Part shown: positions 35,052-45,692 of the stretch, one piece after another
Numbering within the stretch: position 1 is the stretch's first letter
How the letters are laid out: each line of letters opens with the position of its first letter
DNA from: a virus
Length of the DNA stretch: 64,000 nucleotides
Reading direction: 5' to 3' (one strand)
IMG/VR virus record: IMGVR_UViG_3300035189_000005
Location: 1-64,000 of that record
Notes under the pieces: model-generated
Database searches by the model: none
What the model was told of the DNA's origin: nothing
The model's input: only the letters and a program-made list of their open reading frames with translations
Made by a program: the position numbers and the translations under genes

Positions 35052-36655
35052 GTACCAAACCTCCGTTCAAGCTCAAGAAGCAGCGGCTTGATGAGTGGCT
35101 GGATCAGGTTAACTATGTGGAGCTGAACTCGGGCCTGTACGTGCCGAGTGACTTCGCTCTCCTGTTCATGAACTTCATCAAGCTGGTGAACGGTGGACAG
35201 GGTGAAAGCCATACCACTCCACCTGTTCACTTGAAGATGCTGGACAAAGTGATCGATGGTCATGACTACATTGTGAACCTCTGCTTCCGTGGTGCTGGTA
35301 AGACTGCGGTGTTCATGGAGTACCTAACTCTGTTCATCGCATGGTGGGGCAGTCTGCCAAGCTTCGGTTTGGTCGAAGGGATGATCTACGTCTCCGACTC
35401 CATGGATAACGGTGTGAAATCTGCACGGAAGAACATTGAGTTCCGCTATCACAACAGTGACTTCCTGAAGCACTGGATTCCCTACGCCACCTTCACCGAC
35501 AACTACCTTGAGTTCCAGAACACCAACGGCACCCGTCTGGGTTGCAAGATGTTCGGTGCCAAGACTGGTCTGCGAGGTACGAAGATCTTTGGTAAGCGTC
35601 CGGTCCTGGCTGTGCTCGATGACTTGGTGAGTGATGATGACTCCAAGTCGAAGGTGTCCATGGCTGCGATCAAGGACACTGTATATAAAGGTGTGAACCA
35701 CGCACTGGACCCAACTCGACGGAAGGTGATCTTCAATGGCACCCCGTTCAACATGGATGACATTCTGATCGAAGCGGTTGAGTCTGGTGGCTGGGACGTC
35801 AACGTCTGGCCGGTGTGTGAGAAGTTTCCTTGCACCCGTGAAGAGTTCAGCGGTGCTTGGCCGGAGCGCTTCAGCTATGACTACCTCTTGGCTCAGTATG
35901 AAATGGCCGTTGCTACCGGTAAGGTTGCTGCCTTCTACCAAGAGCTGATGCTTCGGATCACCTCCGAGGAAGACCGTCTGGTTGCTGACCATGAGATCGG
36001 TTGGTACTCCCGTACTGATTTGCTGGCGAACAAAGGCAACTTCAACTTTTATACCACCACTGACTTTGCCATCTCTGCCAAGCAGACGGCAGACTTCAGT
36101 GTCATCAGTGACTGGGCATACAACTCCAACGGTGACTTCTTCTGGGTAGATGGTGAATGTGAGAAGCAGACCATCGACAAGACAATCGACCAACTCTTTA
36201 ACCATGTGCAGCGTTACTCTCCACTGGAAGTGGGCGTCGAAGTCTCGGGCCAACAAGGTGCCTTCATCACCATCCTTCAACAACAGATGATGGTACGGAA
36301 TATCTGGTTTAACTTCGCTTCGTCGGAGAAATCTGGTGTACCCGGTATCCGCCCAACCCAAGACAAGCTGGTACGATTCAATACTGTTCTCCCTTGGTTC
36401 AAGGCTCGGAAGATCTACTTCCCCATCGAACTGAAGAACTCGCGAATCATGGGTATCGCGATGGAACAGATTCGTCTGGCTACCAAGAACGGCTTCAAGG
36501 GTAAGGATGACTTCATCGACACCATCTCCCAACTGCAATACCTGAATCTTTGGAAACCTTCGGGTAGTACCAAAGGCCCAACTGGAACCAATGAAATGTG
36601 GGATGATGAGGACGCCGCTCCCGACACCAGCCCTCTGTCTTCCTACATCGTGTGA
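35048..36655 (+). CDS. terL: terminase large subunit
   Basis: CFRGAGKT, VLDDL, FNGTP, TTDFA, DFSVI, KDDFIDTIS. Confidence 0.95.
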   Translation: MSTKPPFKLKKQRLDEWLDQVNYVELNSGLYVPSDFALLFMNFIKLVNGGQGESHTTPPVHLKMLDKVIDGHDYIVNLCFRGAGKTAVFMEYLTLFIAWWGSLPSFGLVEGMIYVSDSMDNGVKSARKNIEFRYHNSDFLKHWIPYATFTDNYLEFQNTNGTRLGCKMFGAKTGLRGTKIFGKRPVLAVLDDLVSDDDSKSKVSMAAIKDTVYKGVNHALDPTRRKVIFNGTPFNMDDILIEAVESGGWDVNVWPVCEKFPCTREEFSGAWPERFSYDYLLAQYEMAVATGKVAAFYQELMLRITSEEDRLVADHEIGWYSRTDLLANKGNFNFYTTTDFAISAKQTADFSVISDWAYNSNGDFFWVDGECEKQTIDKTIDQLFNHVQRYSPLEVGVEVSGQQGAFITILQQQMMVRNIWFNFASSEKSGVPGIRPTQDKLVRFNTVLPWFKARKIYFPIELKNSRIMGIAMEQIRLATKNGFKGKDDFIDTISQLQYLNLWKPSGSTKGPTGTNEMWDDEDAAPDTSPLSSYIV

Positions 36656-36661
36656 GGCGAT

Positions 36662-37363
36662 ATGAACGTACAAGAGCTTTACCAAAATCTTTCTTACGGT
36701 GCCCTGTCCAACTTGGCAATGTCCAATTCAGGATCTGGTGACATTGTTGAAGCCCGTCGTCCGTCTGTCATCCTGGCGGCGAATGAAGCTTTGCTTCGTC
36801 TGTACTCTCGCTTCACTTTGAAGGAGAAGGACTGCGTGATTCGCATGGTGGATGGTGTGACCAACTACCATCTGCGTAAACGCTTTGCTATCTGGACTCG
36901 GCCTCAGGTAGAGAAGACTCCTTACATTCTGGACATGCCACTGGAGCCATTCGAGGAAGACGTGATCAAGATCACTTCTGTCTTCGATAGCAGCGGTCAT
37001 TCCTTACCGCTCAATGATGATGACCAGAGCTTTGCGGTCTTCACCCCCCAGGCTGATATACTCCAAGTCCCTCGACCTATTCTCGGAGGTGCACTGTCTA
37101 TCGTGTACCAGGCCCGGCATGAAAAGCTGGACCATACGAAACTGGAACAACCGATTGAAGTTCCTGATGTGCTGGAAGGAGCGTTCCTCTCCTACACTGC
37201 TTTCAAGATCTTCTCGTCCATGGGGACTGCTGAAGCCACGGCCAAGGCAATGGAGCATAATGAAAACTACGAGGCGATCTGCACCGAAGTGGTTGATCGT
37301 GAACTCATCACTGTCAGCATCTCGTCTCTTGTTCGGAAATTTGAAAAGCGAGGATACCCCTAA
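36662..37363 (+). CDS. N4 gp67-like head-tail adaptor/structural protein
   Basis: ANEALLRLYSRF.LKEK; syntenic after TerL. Confidence 0.7.
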   Translation: MNVQELYQNLSYGALSNLAMSNSGSGDIVEARRPSVILAANEALLRLYSRFTLKEKDCVIRMVDGVTNYHLRKRFAIWTRPQVEKTPYILDMPLEPFEEDVIKITSVFDSSGHSLPLNDDDQSFAVFTPQADILQVPRPILGGALSIVYQARHEKLDHTKLEQPIEVPDVLEGAFLSYTAFKIFSSMGTAEATAKAMEHNENYEAICTEVVDRELITVSISSLVRKFEKRGYP

Positions 37364-37743
37364 TGCGTGGCTCTCTTGATCAGGTCGGCGGTGCTGACCA
37401 ACTGGTGGACAAACTCATCGGCAATGCATACGACGTGGTTTACCAAGTTCGTCTGAAGCTGCCGGAACTGATGCGAATCAACGACAACCTCCGTGGCAAC
37501 AAAACGGTGTATGCGGTAGCTGGTCCAGTTGGCTCGACTGTCATGGTCCCACTGCCGGAAGGCATCAGCCATACCCGCATTGTCGCCAGTTCGGTTCTGT
37601 TGGCTGACACCCGTGGCAACATCTATGGCACCGACACCGGCTACTTCACCACCAAGATTCTGGACGGCCAACTCCGTGTGATGGTGACTGACCAAACGGT
37701 GGCTGAACTCTCCATCCGTTGGTTCATTACCTTCGAGGAATGA
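37363..37743 (+). CDS. putative tail-associated protein
   Basis: LVDKLIGNAYDVV N-terminus; lies in the tail module. Confidence 0.55.
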   Translation: MRGSLDQVGGADQLVDKLIGNAYDVVYQVRLKLPELMRINDNLRGNKTVYAVAGPVGSTVMVPLPEGISHTRIVASSVLLADTRGNIYGTDTGYFTTKILDGQLRVMVTDQTVAELSIRWFITFEE

Positions 37744-37745
37744 TC

Positions 37746-38405
37746 ATGGATGACTTCCCTCGTGTAGAACTCAAAGTCTACGACACGGAAGATCCAATTC
37801 TGAATCACTCCAGTCGAGTGATTCCAGAATGGATTCAGGGACGATCTCAGTTTGATATCGAGGTGACGCCTGAAGTGGTCACCTTCAATACTCAGGTTGT
37901 ACCTCTTCTGTCTGAGACAGTCACAGTCAAACTTACTAACACTGGTTTCGATAACCTCCCGTTGGTGGGTATTACTGTGGATTCCCCATTCACCATTGTG
38001 TCGGACTTCCCGTCCTACCTCCGACCAGGGGAGACTTACGAGCTGCTGCTTCGGTTCAAGCCACTGGTTTACGGTTTGTCACAAGGGTTCCTGCACATCA
38101 ACATGGGGGAGATCGCCGGTAGTCGGGATGTACTCGTGTTGGGTCAAGGCATCTGGGATTACCGATTGGCCGTTGCCCAGATGACCGATGGTCTGTGGGA
38201 GTTCATCAAACGGTCGGTACGCCCAGCAAACCGAACCAATGGTCCAGTGCTGAGTCTGTCCACCACGTCTATTGCTTTCCCAGGCACCACGGAAGTAGGC
38301 AAGGAATCCAATGTCATCATGCTGACTATCAGCAACGTCGGCACACAGAACTTGGTCATCACTGATCCTGTTCTCGATGCTGGCCCATTCGAGATCGTGC
38401 CATGA
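37746..38405 (+). CDS. Ig-like (ASH/choice-of-anchor D-like) domain protein, 1.5 domains
   Basis: VKLTNTG..L.L..I....PF...LRPGE...L.FKP...G; the second repeat stops half-way. Confidence 0.7.
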   Translation: MDDFPRVELKVYDTEDPILNHSSRVIPEWIQGRSQFDIEVTPEVVTFNTQVVPLLSETVTVKLTNTGFDNLPLVGITVDSPFTIVSDFPSYLRPGETYELLLRFKPLVYGLSQGFLHINMGEIAGSRDVLVLGQGIWDYRLAVAQMTDGLWEFIKRSVRPANRTNGPVLSLSTTSIAFPGTTEVGKESNVIMLTISNVGTQNLVITDPVLDAGPFEIVP

Positions 38406-38644
38406 GCATTACCATTCCTCCCTTTGGTTCCGTCACCATCAAGGTGAAATTCAAACCAACGGTTGTTGGCCCCCAAGAAACGAATCTTCGTTTCAGCACC
38501 AACACCACACCTGCTGACGTTGTGATCCCCATCCATGGTGTGGCCGTAGAGACTCCGGTTGATCCAGGTGATAATCCAAACGCTTTGCGGGATACTGGCA
38601 ACAACCCGCTACTCGATACTGTGAACCTTGAATTGGAAAGCTGA
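38402..38644 (+). CDS. C-terminal half of an Ig-like (ASH-like) domain
   Basis: TIPPFGSVTIKVKFKPTVVG...L.FSTN...IPIHGVA. Confidence 0.6.
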   Translation: MSITIPPFGSVTIKVKFKPTVVGPQETNLRFSTNTTPADVVIPIHGVAVETPVDPGDNPNALRDTGNNPLLDTVNLELES

Positions 38645-38646
38645 TC

Positions 38647-40560
38647 ATGCCAAAACTCAATACTTACTCTACCCTGGCAGATCTGCCAGAAGGTGTCCGA
38701 TTTGTCGGGTTTGTTCCTGGCACTGGTGATGCATTCGATACTCACCAGATCACCCGTAATGCTATCCGTGAATTCATCCTCAGCGTCGTCCCTGTAATTA
38801 AGGGTGACGATGGTAAACAGGTGGAGTTGCGAGCAAATGGCACTGCAATTCAGTGGCGTTATGTTGGTGACCCTACCTGGATTGACCTCGTTCTACTTGC
38901 ATCCCTGAAGGGGGATAAAGGAGACAAGGGTGCCAAGGTGATCCTTCAACGATCCGCCACTCATATCCAATACGGGTATGAGGGTGATACCACCTGGACC
39001 AACCTCGTTGCCTTATCTGAACTGAAAGGAGACAAGGGTGATTCAGGTACTGGTTTGAAGAACCGCAGTCAGTGGGTCACTGGTACTACCTATGTTCCTG
39101 GAGATTATGTCTTCGACACTGGGTCATCTACCGCAAGTTCGATGTGGATTCTGTCTGGCGATGTTCCCTATGTCTCCACCACTAAACCTAATGCAGACCT
39201 TACCCATTGGGTCGAATTTGTGGCTCCTGCTGGTAAAGATGGTAACCCCGGAACCAATGGACGTGAGGTAGTAATCCAAAAGGGTGCTACTGCCATCCAG
39301 TGGCGATATGCCACTAATGACCCAACCTGGAAAGACATCGTTACTCTTGCAGAATTGAAGGGAGATAAAGGCAATCCGGGTGACCCAGGAACCAATGGTA
39401 AATCCGCTGAGTGGCAGAAGTCTGCTACCCATATTCAATGGCGTCTGGTGGGTGACACCACTTGGATCAATATCGTCCCTTTGGCTGACATTAAGGGCGA
39501 TCCTGGGGCAGCAGGTAAAGGCGTACCTGCCGCTGGTGCTGTTGGTTACATTCTTTCCAAGGCTTCAGCTACTGATTACGACACTGCCTGGATTCCAGCA
39601 CCAACCGGAGGTGGTGCAGGTGATGTGACTAAAGCAGGTGACAACGTATTCACTGGTTTCAACACCTTCGGTGGCAAGATTTACTCTGGAACCAAACCGG
39701 GTACTGGTGCTCCTGCTGATGGTGCCAACACTTTCCTGTGCTGGGGTAGTGCTCTGTTCAACGCAGGTATGGTGGTCAACGTAGGTACTGCGGAGTTCAA
39801 GTACAAGGTGAACTTGGCAAACGGATTTAACGTCCCAAGCATCACTACTGTGACCCCAGCAAGTGGCATCGCTACCATTACTCCTTATGTGGTTCAGCAG
39901 AAAGTTGGCCTTACTGCTGATGTTGCTACATTGAAATTGCAATTGCCTGATGCATCCTCTAAAGATGGTAGTAACAACGTCTTTCCGGTGATCGACAGTG
40001 GCACTATCTTTCGGGTTTACTTCCCGTTCGGTGTGACTGCTCTTACTGTAACCCCCGGACTAGACAGCTTCGGCTGGACTCCGGCCAAGATTGTTGGGGC
40101 ACCAACCTCTATCCTAGCAGGTGTGTTGGAACTTCAGTACTTAACTTCGGAAGGTACGTGGTATGTGGTGAAAGCCCCTACGGCTCCTTTTATTTATACT
40201 CGCACCAATATCCTCGGGCCTGTAGGACAAGCGACTGGTGTACCAACTGGGGCTATTATTGAGCAGGGGAGTAATGCCAATGGCACCTACACCAAGTTCG
40301 CCAGTGGGTTAATGATGTGCTCTCAGACCCTAAAAGATCTTGGGGCATTGGCCGCAGGTGCTACAGCTACTTATGAGTGGACTTTCCCAGCTCCTTTTGG
40401 TACGTCTGACAGCCTGTCTGTATGGGCACCTTGTGTGGATGGCCCGTGTATAGCGTACACACCGTCATTCAATCAATCCAGGGTAACAATTGCCTTTTAT
40501 GCAATAACTCAGACAAATAACAGCCGGTTTACGCTTATGGCGTACGGGCGTTGGTACTAG
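38647..40560 (+). CDS. tail fibre with collagen-like repeats
   Basis: Four IQ(W/Y)..GD.TW..LV.L..LKGD repeats with GXY stretches; C-terminal GAIIEQGSNANGTYTKFASG module. Confidence 0.88.
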   Translation: MPKLNTYSTLADLPEGVRFVGFVPGTGDAFDTHQITRNAIREFILSVVPVIKGDDGKQVELRANGTAIQWRYVGDPTWIDLVLLASLKGDKGDKGAKVILQRSATHIQYGYEGDTTWTNLVALSELKGDKGDSGTGLKNRSQWVTGTTYVPGDYVFDTGSSTASSMWILSGDVPYVSTTKPNADLTHWVEFVAPAGKDGNPGTNGREVVIQKGATAIQWRYATNDPTWKDIVTLAELKGDKGNPGDPGTNGKSAEWQKSATHIQWRLVGDTTWINIVPLADIKGDPGAAGKGVPAAGAVGYILSKASATDYDTAWIPAPTGGGAGDVTKAGDNVFTGFNTFGGKIYSGTKPGTGAPADGANTFLCWGSALFNAGMVVNVGTAEFKYKVNLANGFNVPSITTVTPASGIATITPYVVQQKVGLTADVATLKLQLPDASSKDGSNNVFPVIDSGTIFRVYFPFGVTALTVTPGLDSFGWTPAKIVGAPTSILAGVLELQYLTSEGTWYVVKAPTAPFIYTRTNILGPVGQATGVPTGAIIEQGSNANGTYTKFASGLMMCSQTLKDLGALAAGATATYEWTFPAPFGTSDSLSVWAPCVDGPCIAYTPSFNQSRVTIAFYAITQTNNSRFTLMAYGRWY

Positions 40561-40610
40561 TAGGCATCAGGTAGTTATCTCGTCTGAGTGACCAAAATCG
40601 AGTAATATCT

Positions 40611-40640
40611 AGCCCAGTCCCTGACTGGGCTTTTCATTTC
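40611..40640 (+). terminator. intrinsic terminator
   Basis: AGCCCAGTC/GACTGGGCT stem followed by TTTCATTT. Confidence 0.75.
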
Positions 40641-40656
40641 AACCAAGGTAAATGAC

Positions 40657-43600
40657 ATGGCTAATCTGCCTCCCCTGATTACCGAGGAAGGTCTGGTACT
40701 CAACAACATGATGCCGGACCAAGGTGCCCTGGGTAACTACACCCCACCTGGCACTGCATCATCTGAGGGTATCTCTCTTCTCATGCGTGGTGTGCTTCGG
40801 GCAGCCATTGCCACTGGTGCCCCTGACAAGCGTGACTTCGCTCACTTCCTGTTCAATGCGGCATGCACCTACTTCTTCGGTGGTGTCCGACCAACGGCTG
40901 ATAACACTCAGACTTGGAACCACTCCTGGATTGCTAACGGTGGTGCAGCCTTCAGTGTCCGTGGCCCATTGCAGGCCAATGGTGACTTGGCTCTGTCTGG
41001 TTACCTGTACACCCGAGATCCTCAGTCCACTGTCTTCTTCACCAATGGTGTGGGTCAACTGACTCCACCACCGGATGTGATCTACCAAGCAGTGACCAGT
41101 GATTCCAAGTTTGTCTGGGACAACATGTTTTCTGACTTGACCCAAGGTAACCGGTATCAGGTGGAGTACTACATTGACGCCGTGGGCAACAAAGTCTTCG
41201 GTACTCAGACTGGTGGTTCCTTCGGTCAGCCTGCTATCCCAGCCGGTGAACACAGTGATGGTGCTCCTGGCAAGATCGTCCTGACTGAGCCACTCAATGG
41301 CAATGCGGGTGTCAACTATGCAGTGACTGTCCCTGACGTGAAGGTCAGTTACGGCGAGCTGTACGAAGCATGGCCTATGTGGCGGAAGTTGGCACAAAGC
41401 GAAGTGTCAACGGCAGCGGATGCTATCCATTGGTTCCTTGATGCTTTTGCTATGGGCATGGAATTGGAGCCAGACAACGTTGACTGGAAAAATGCTCATG
41501 ACCGGATGATGGACATCTGGCGGATCACTTGTGATCAGCAGTCCAACAGCACGATCATCTTCCAGGCTGGCAGTTCGGGGACCTACAACAACTTCCCACT
41601 GACCTACTCCTACGCCTATGGTCGAGACAACATCGACAACCCGAACACCAACTGGACGGCAGTTCCCCCAACCACTCGTTACTCCGTGGCCCGGACTGTA
41701 GATCGGTTCGTCAGTTTCGACATGCCACTAAATGATGCCACCATTGGTTCCGCTGGTAGCATTCGCTATGGGGTGGCTTTCGAGAACAGCCCGATGTATC
41801 TGGACTACACGTCTGACTCCAGCTTTTCGGTTGATATGCAATCGAACATGATCCAGACGGTATCCATGTCCATCACCGACAATGCAGGTGTTAGCTACGA
41901 AGCTTCCATCCTTATCGGTCCTGACTCTCAGCCACAACTGATCAGCCCGAGCCAGTTCCTCAAGTTCCAGAATGCTCCTGGTGATTCGGACGGAACCAAG
42001 ACAGGGGATTGGGATGATGACCCGGGCACTCTGCCTGAATATGACCCGGTTCCGTTCCCTGGCACTCGACTGGCGATGATTGGTGACTCGATCACTTGGT
42101 ACAACACTGCCTATGTCAAACCTGACTGGTCCGGTCTTTTTGAGAACTGGGGCTTTGGTATGAACGGCTACTGGACTCACTGCGATCAGATCCTCAATGG
42201 CCGGTTGGTCAATGAGCCTGCTGTGAGTACCGATGTCTCTGGGTACAAGCATGGTCTGAACTTTGCCATTGCCGGTTCCCGGATCGTCAATGCTTGGCTT
42301 CCATTGCATGACACTCTGGGCGATGGTGTCCTCAACGTCGGTCCAATGTATGCAGCACTGAACAACATCACTCGCTTCGACTGCGTGTTGTTCATGTACG
42401 GGACCAACGACTTGGCCGGTAACCTGGATGCCAGTGACACCCTTTGGCTCATCAAGAAGGCTGTCACCGATCTGGCTTCTCGTGGCAAGTGGGTCTATCT
42501 CTTGACCATCACCCCACGTTCCCGAGGTGAACTGAAGGGTTACCCGATTGCTCAGATTGACGTCATCCGTCGTCGTCTTGAGACCATCAACCAAGGATTA
42601 CGTGATTGGACGATCAACAATCCAGAGCCACCACCGAACGTTTTCTTGGTGGACCCTTATACTGATCTGCTCGGCCCGAATGGTATGGACCCAGCCGGTA
42701 CTCTCTCTTCTTCCGTTGAGGGTGGACTGGATACCCCCGGCAATTTCCGGCCTGACTTCCCTAACCGGATCTTCATGCATGACGGTCTTCACCCTGCACC
42801 AACTGGTGCTTATGTCATCGGCAAGAAACTGGCTGAGGTGATCGTTGCTTCTGGTGTGCCAGTTCGTCCTGCTGAGAACCAACTGGGAACACTGAACCTG
42901 GGGGCCAATCTTCTGCCTAACCCTGGGATGATCTTCACCAGTTACAAGGCGAGTAAGACCAACCCTCTGTCCTTCAACCTGTCTTCGATTGGTTGGGCAA
43001 CTGGTCTTGGCCCTGCTCTGCGGAATGGTGCTGACCAACACATTGGCTTCCAGTATGGCAAGCTGCCTGACTGCTGGAACTTCTGGCGATCTACCAACGT
43101 GGACACTGAAACTATTGGTTCAGGATCTGGTGGGACCTACTCCAACTTCCAGGATTACATGTGGGGTGGTTTTGTTGGTGAGTACCCGGTACTGGCCGGT
43201 TACATCAAGGATTCCACTTGGCCCATTGGTTCCGTGCTAGTGAACATTGGGGTCTATGCTGGCAAGCCTTGCTTGCAGATTGACTTCAACATTCCAATTA
43301 CTGGCAACAAGAATGAAGCCTTTGTGATCAATACTCCGATTCCCCGTGACCAGCACGGTCCGTGGGACAACTACGGGTTTGACACACCAGACCAATCCAC
43401 TGTTCGTCCGAACTATGTCTACCTTGCTGGTGACACTCTGGTGGCTGAATCTGATGTGGTCTTCCAGGGTTTTGATGCTGATCTGGTGATCTTTGACATG
43501 GCCCTATACACCTATGGTATTGAACCAAACGTGACACTGGGTGCAGTTCGTCAGTCCTTTGGTAATCACCCGTTCTTCTGGCCTCCGAGTGAGATGGACC

Positions 43601-43803
43601 GAATCCGCTTCCCGAACAATGATCGCAAGACTCGTGTCCGTGCCCCGGCAATCACGATCCCCACTTATCAGTTCACACAGACCATGCGGTATGCGGAACT
43701 GAAGTGGCAGTTCAGTTTCGACTGTTCCGTGAAAAGTGCACGGGGTACGATCATCATCCAGAACCCAGAAGTCCGTAAGGTCATCAACGGGATTCCACTC
43801 TAA
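40657..43803 (+). CDS. large tail/spike protein with SGNH (GDSL) esterase domain
   Basis: GDSIT, AIAG, GTND, DGLHP catalytic blocks. Confidence 0.85.
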   Translation: MANLPPLITEEGLVLNNMMPDQGALGNYTPPGTASSEGISLLMRGVLRAAIATGAPDKRDFAHFLFNAACTYFFGGVRPTADNTQTWNHSWIANGGAAFSVRGPLQANGDLALSGYLYTRDPQSTVFFTNGVGQLTPPPDVIYQAVTSDSKFVWDNMFSDLTQGNRYQVEYYIDAVGNKVFGTQTGGSFGQPAIPAGEHSDGAPGKIVLTEPLNGNAGVNYAVTVPDVKVSYGELYEAWPMWRKLAQSEVSTAADAIHWFLDAFAMGMELEPDNVDWKNAHDRMMDIWRITCDQQSNSTIIFQAGSSGTYNNFPLTYSYAYGRDNIDNPNTNWTAVPPTTRYSVARTVDRFVSFDMPLNDATIGSAGSIRYGVAFENSPMYLDYTSDSSFSVDMQSNMIQTVSMSITDNAGVSYEASILIGPDSQPQLISPSQFLKFQNAPGDSDGTKTGDWDDDPGTLPEYDPVPFPGTRLAMIGDSITWYNTAYVKPDWSGLFENWGFGMNGYWTHCDQILNGRLVNEPAVSTDVSGYKHGLNFAIAGSRIVNAWLPLHDTLGDGVLNVGPMYAALNNITRFDCVLFMYGTNDLAGNLDASDTLWLIKKAVTDLASRGKWVYLLTITPRSRGELKGYPIAQIDVIRRRLETINQGLRDWTINNPEPPPNVFLVDPYTDLLGPNGMDPAGTLSSSVEGGLDTPGNFRPDFPNRIFMHDGLHPAPTGAYVIGKKLAEVIVASGVPVRPAENQLGTLNLGANLLPNPGMIFTSYKASKTNPLSFNLSSIGWATGLGPALRNGADQHIGFQYGKLPDCWNFWRSTNVDTETIGSGSGGTYSNFQDYMWGGFVGEYPVLAGYIKDSTWPIGSVLVNIGVYAGKPCLQIDFNIPITGNKNEAFVINTPIPRDQHGPWDNYGFDTPDQSTVRPNYVYLAGDTLVAESDVVFQGFDADLVIFDMALYTYGIEPNVTLGAVRQSFGNHPFFWPPSEMDRIRFPNNDRKTRVRAPAITIPTYQFTQTMRYAELKWQFSFDCSVKSARGTIIIQNPEVRKVINGIPL

Positions 43804-43849
43804 CCATCATCGGGGGAGTTCATCTCCCCCTTGGTTCAAGGATATCGAC

Positions 43850-45286
43850 ATGTCCCAATACAACCTTTGGTTGCCTGGAAATGCCTTCTTCGGATTCAAC
43901 GAGGGTGTGACTACTTCTCTAGGCTACCGTACCAATGCCGCAGGTCAACGCCTGTTGGCTCAGACATTTGTCATCCCGAATAAGCGTTCAGGGTTCGGCA
44001 TCACGTTTGATCAGATCAGCCCACCCTTCCAGATGACCAAGCCACCGAAGCTCTATTACACCAGCACTTCGGCTATGACCCTGACCATCAAGGACAGTGA
44101 TGGCTGGAACTGGAATGCTCCTTGTCCTTTCCAGGCAACAGCCAAAGAACGTGGTTGGGCTTGGTCCCAATTCACAGCCAGTCCAGTACAGGAGAACGTT
44201 GGTGAACTCCCGAACAAGCCAGCAACTGGCATGATCCGGGCATTCCAGTTCTCTGGTGCTGAAGGTGTTCATGGTCCAGATGACAACGCTGCTCAGTCAA
44301 TCAGCATCAGTTACTTGGCTGGCCGTAGTCCGTCTTCTGCAACTGCGGGGAATATTCGTACAGTCGTTCTGACTGACCGTAATCCCCTGGCACACACCTG
44401 GAAAGTTGGTCAGGTGGAATTGGCCCGTGGTACTCGAAAAGAAGTGAAGTACATCGGTTCTCTGCCATTCGGTCTTCAAATGAATGGTCCCCGTAACCGG
44501 TTGTCTTCTCTCCCTTATCGTGGCCCCATCATTGCGGGCTACCAGTCCGGAACCCCTTGGATCTCTGCTGGTAACAACGACAAGTTGGGTCACATGTTGG
44601 ACTTCATGGATGAAGCTCAATCTCAATTCCATCTCCGTTCCCCAACTGGAATCTATGGACCATGGATGCACATCTACCTCCAAGCACTCTGGGACTGTGA
44701 ACAGAATGGTCTTGTTGATTCCTGGGTGTGGGATGGTCCTGATGGTAACCCTGCATGGGATGGCTGGCAGTATCGTGCGTTCGATGGAATGTCCCGTACT
44801 TGGTATGAGGCAACTATTGCCAATAATGTGACGCCAGAAAACATGAACAAGATGAAGGTGATCTCCACCCGATTCTTGGATTGGCTCTACAACTGGTTCA
44901 TGCAGAACTTGGATACTGACGGTGTACCGAATGACTGGCGTCCTGAGGGCTGGACTCAAGGAACACCATTGGCTCCAGAGCGTGGTCTTGAACCCAAGTT
45001 CACTTTCCCTGCTGCCCATGACATTGCCTTGGCACTGAAAGGCACTGTGTTCTGTACTCTTGCTGGGTACGATGGAATCAAGGGACGGTATGTGATTCAC
45101 CGTTTGATGCGTGCATTGATTCCACTGCAAGTTGTTGATCCAGCAGAAGAATATGAAATGCGTGGAGCATTCACTCTTAACCCAACCGGTTTTGAAGTCT
45201 ACGGTTTTGAGCAAGGTGAGATCTTGGAAGCACTGGCACTGTGTGTACAGCATCCAAATCTTATGCTCACATTACCGGCAGGCTAA
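43850..45286 (+). CDS. tail protein (N4 gp64-like position)
   Basis: SD AGGA before MSQYNLW; Trp-rich; precedes the lysis cassette. Confidence 0.65.
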   Translation: MSQYNLWLPGNAFFGFNEGVTTSLGYRTNAAGQRLLAQTFVIPNKRSGFGITFDQISPPFQMTKPPKLYYTSTSAMTLTIKDSDGWNWNAPCPFQATAKERGWAWSQFTASPVQENVGELPNKPATGMIRAFQFSGAEGVHGPDDNAAQSISISYLAGRSPSSATAGNIRTVVLTDRNPLAHTWKVGQVELARGTRKEVKYIGSLPFGLQMNGPRNRLSSLPYRGPIIAGYQSGTPWISAGNNDKLGHMLDFMDEAQSQFHLRSPTGIYGPWMHIYLQALWDCEQNGLVDSWVWDGPDGNPAWDGWQYRAFDGMSRTWYEATIANNVTPENMNKMKVISTRFLDWLYNWFMQNLDTDGVPNDWRPEGWTQGTPLAPERGLEPKFTFPAAHDIALALKGTVFCTLAGYDGIKGRYVIHRLMRALIPLQVVDPAEEYEMRGAFTLNPTGFEVYGFEQGEILEALALCVQHPNLMLTLPAG

Positions 45287-45356
45287 TTGCCATTAGCTAC
45301 TCTTGGGGGGATTGAGCGATAATCCCCCCACAACACAAGTCATAGGACTGCTAGAC

Positions 45357-45692
45357 ATGACCGGAGAATCCCCTGAAGTGCAAATGGCTCGTCTCGAAGA
45401 ACGGATGAAGACGGTACTCAATCGACTGGATGAGGCGAAAGAGGACCAGAAAAATCACCGTGAGTGGATGATCGGAATGAGCAAAACCCTGACTGATGTA
45501 GCCAACCGGCTTCAGGGGGTGGAGAACAACTTTGCTCGGGCTTCCCCGACCATTGAAGAATTCATCACCATCAAGCACAAAGTTGTAGGTGCAGGTGTGC
45601 TGGGAAAATGGGCTTGGGCCGCAGGTGCAGCAATCATCACCTTCGTCTACAGCGTGCGTGAATCAATCATCCTTTGGATCACCAAACAATGA
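45357..45692 (+). CDS. lysis-cassette membrane protein (N4 gp63-like)
   Basis: Coiled coil plus C-terminal TM helix. Confidence 0.65.
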   Translation: MTGESPEVQMARLEERMKTVLNRLDEAKEDQKNHREWMIGMSKTLTDVANRLQGVENNFARASPTIEEFITIKHKVVGAGVLGKWAWAAGAAIITFVYSVRESIILWITKQ

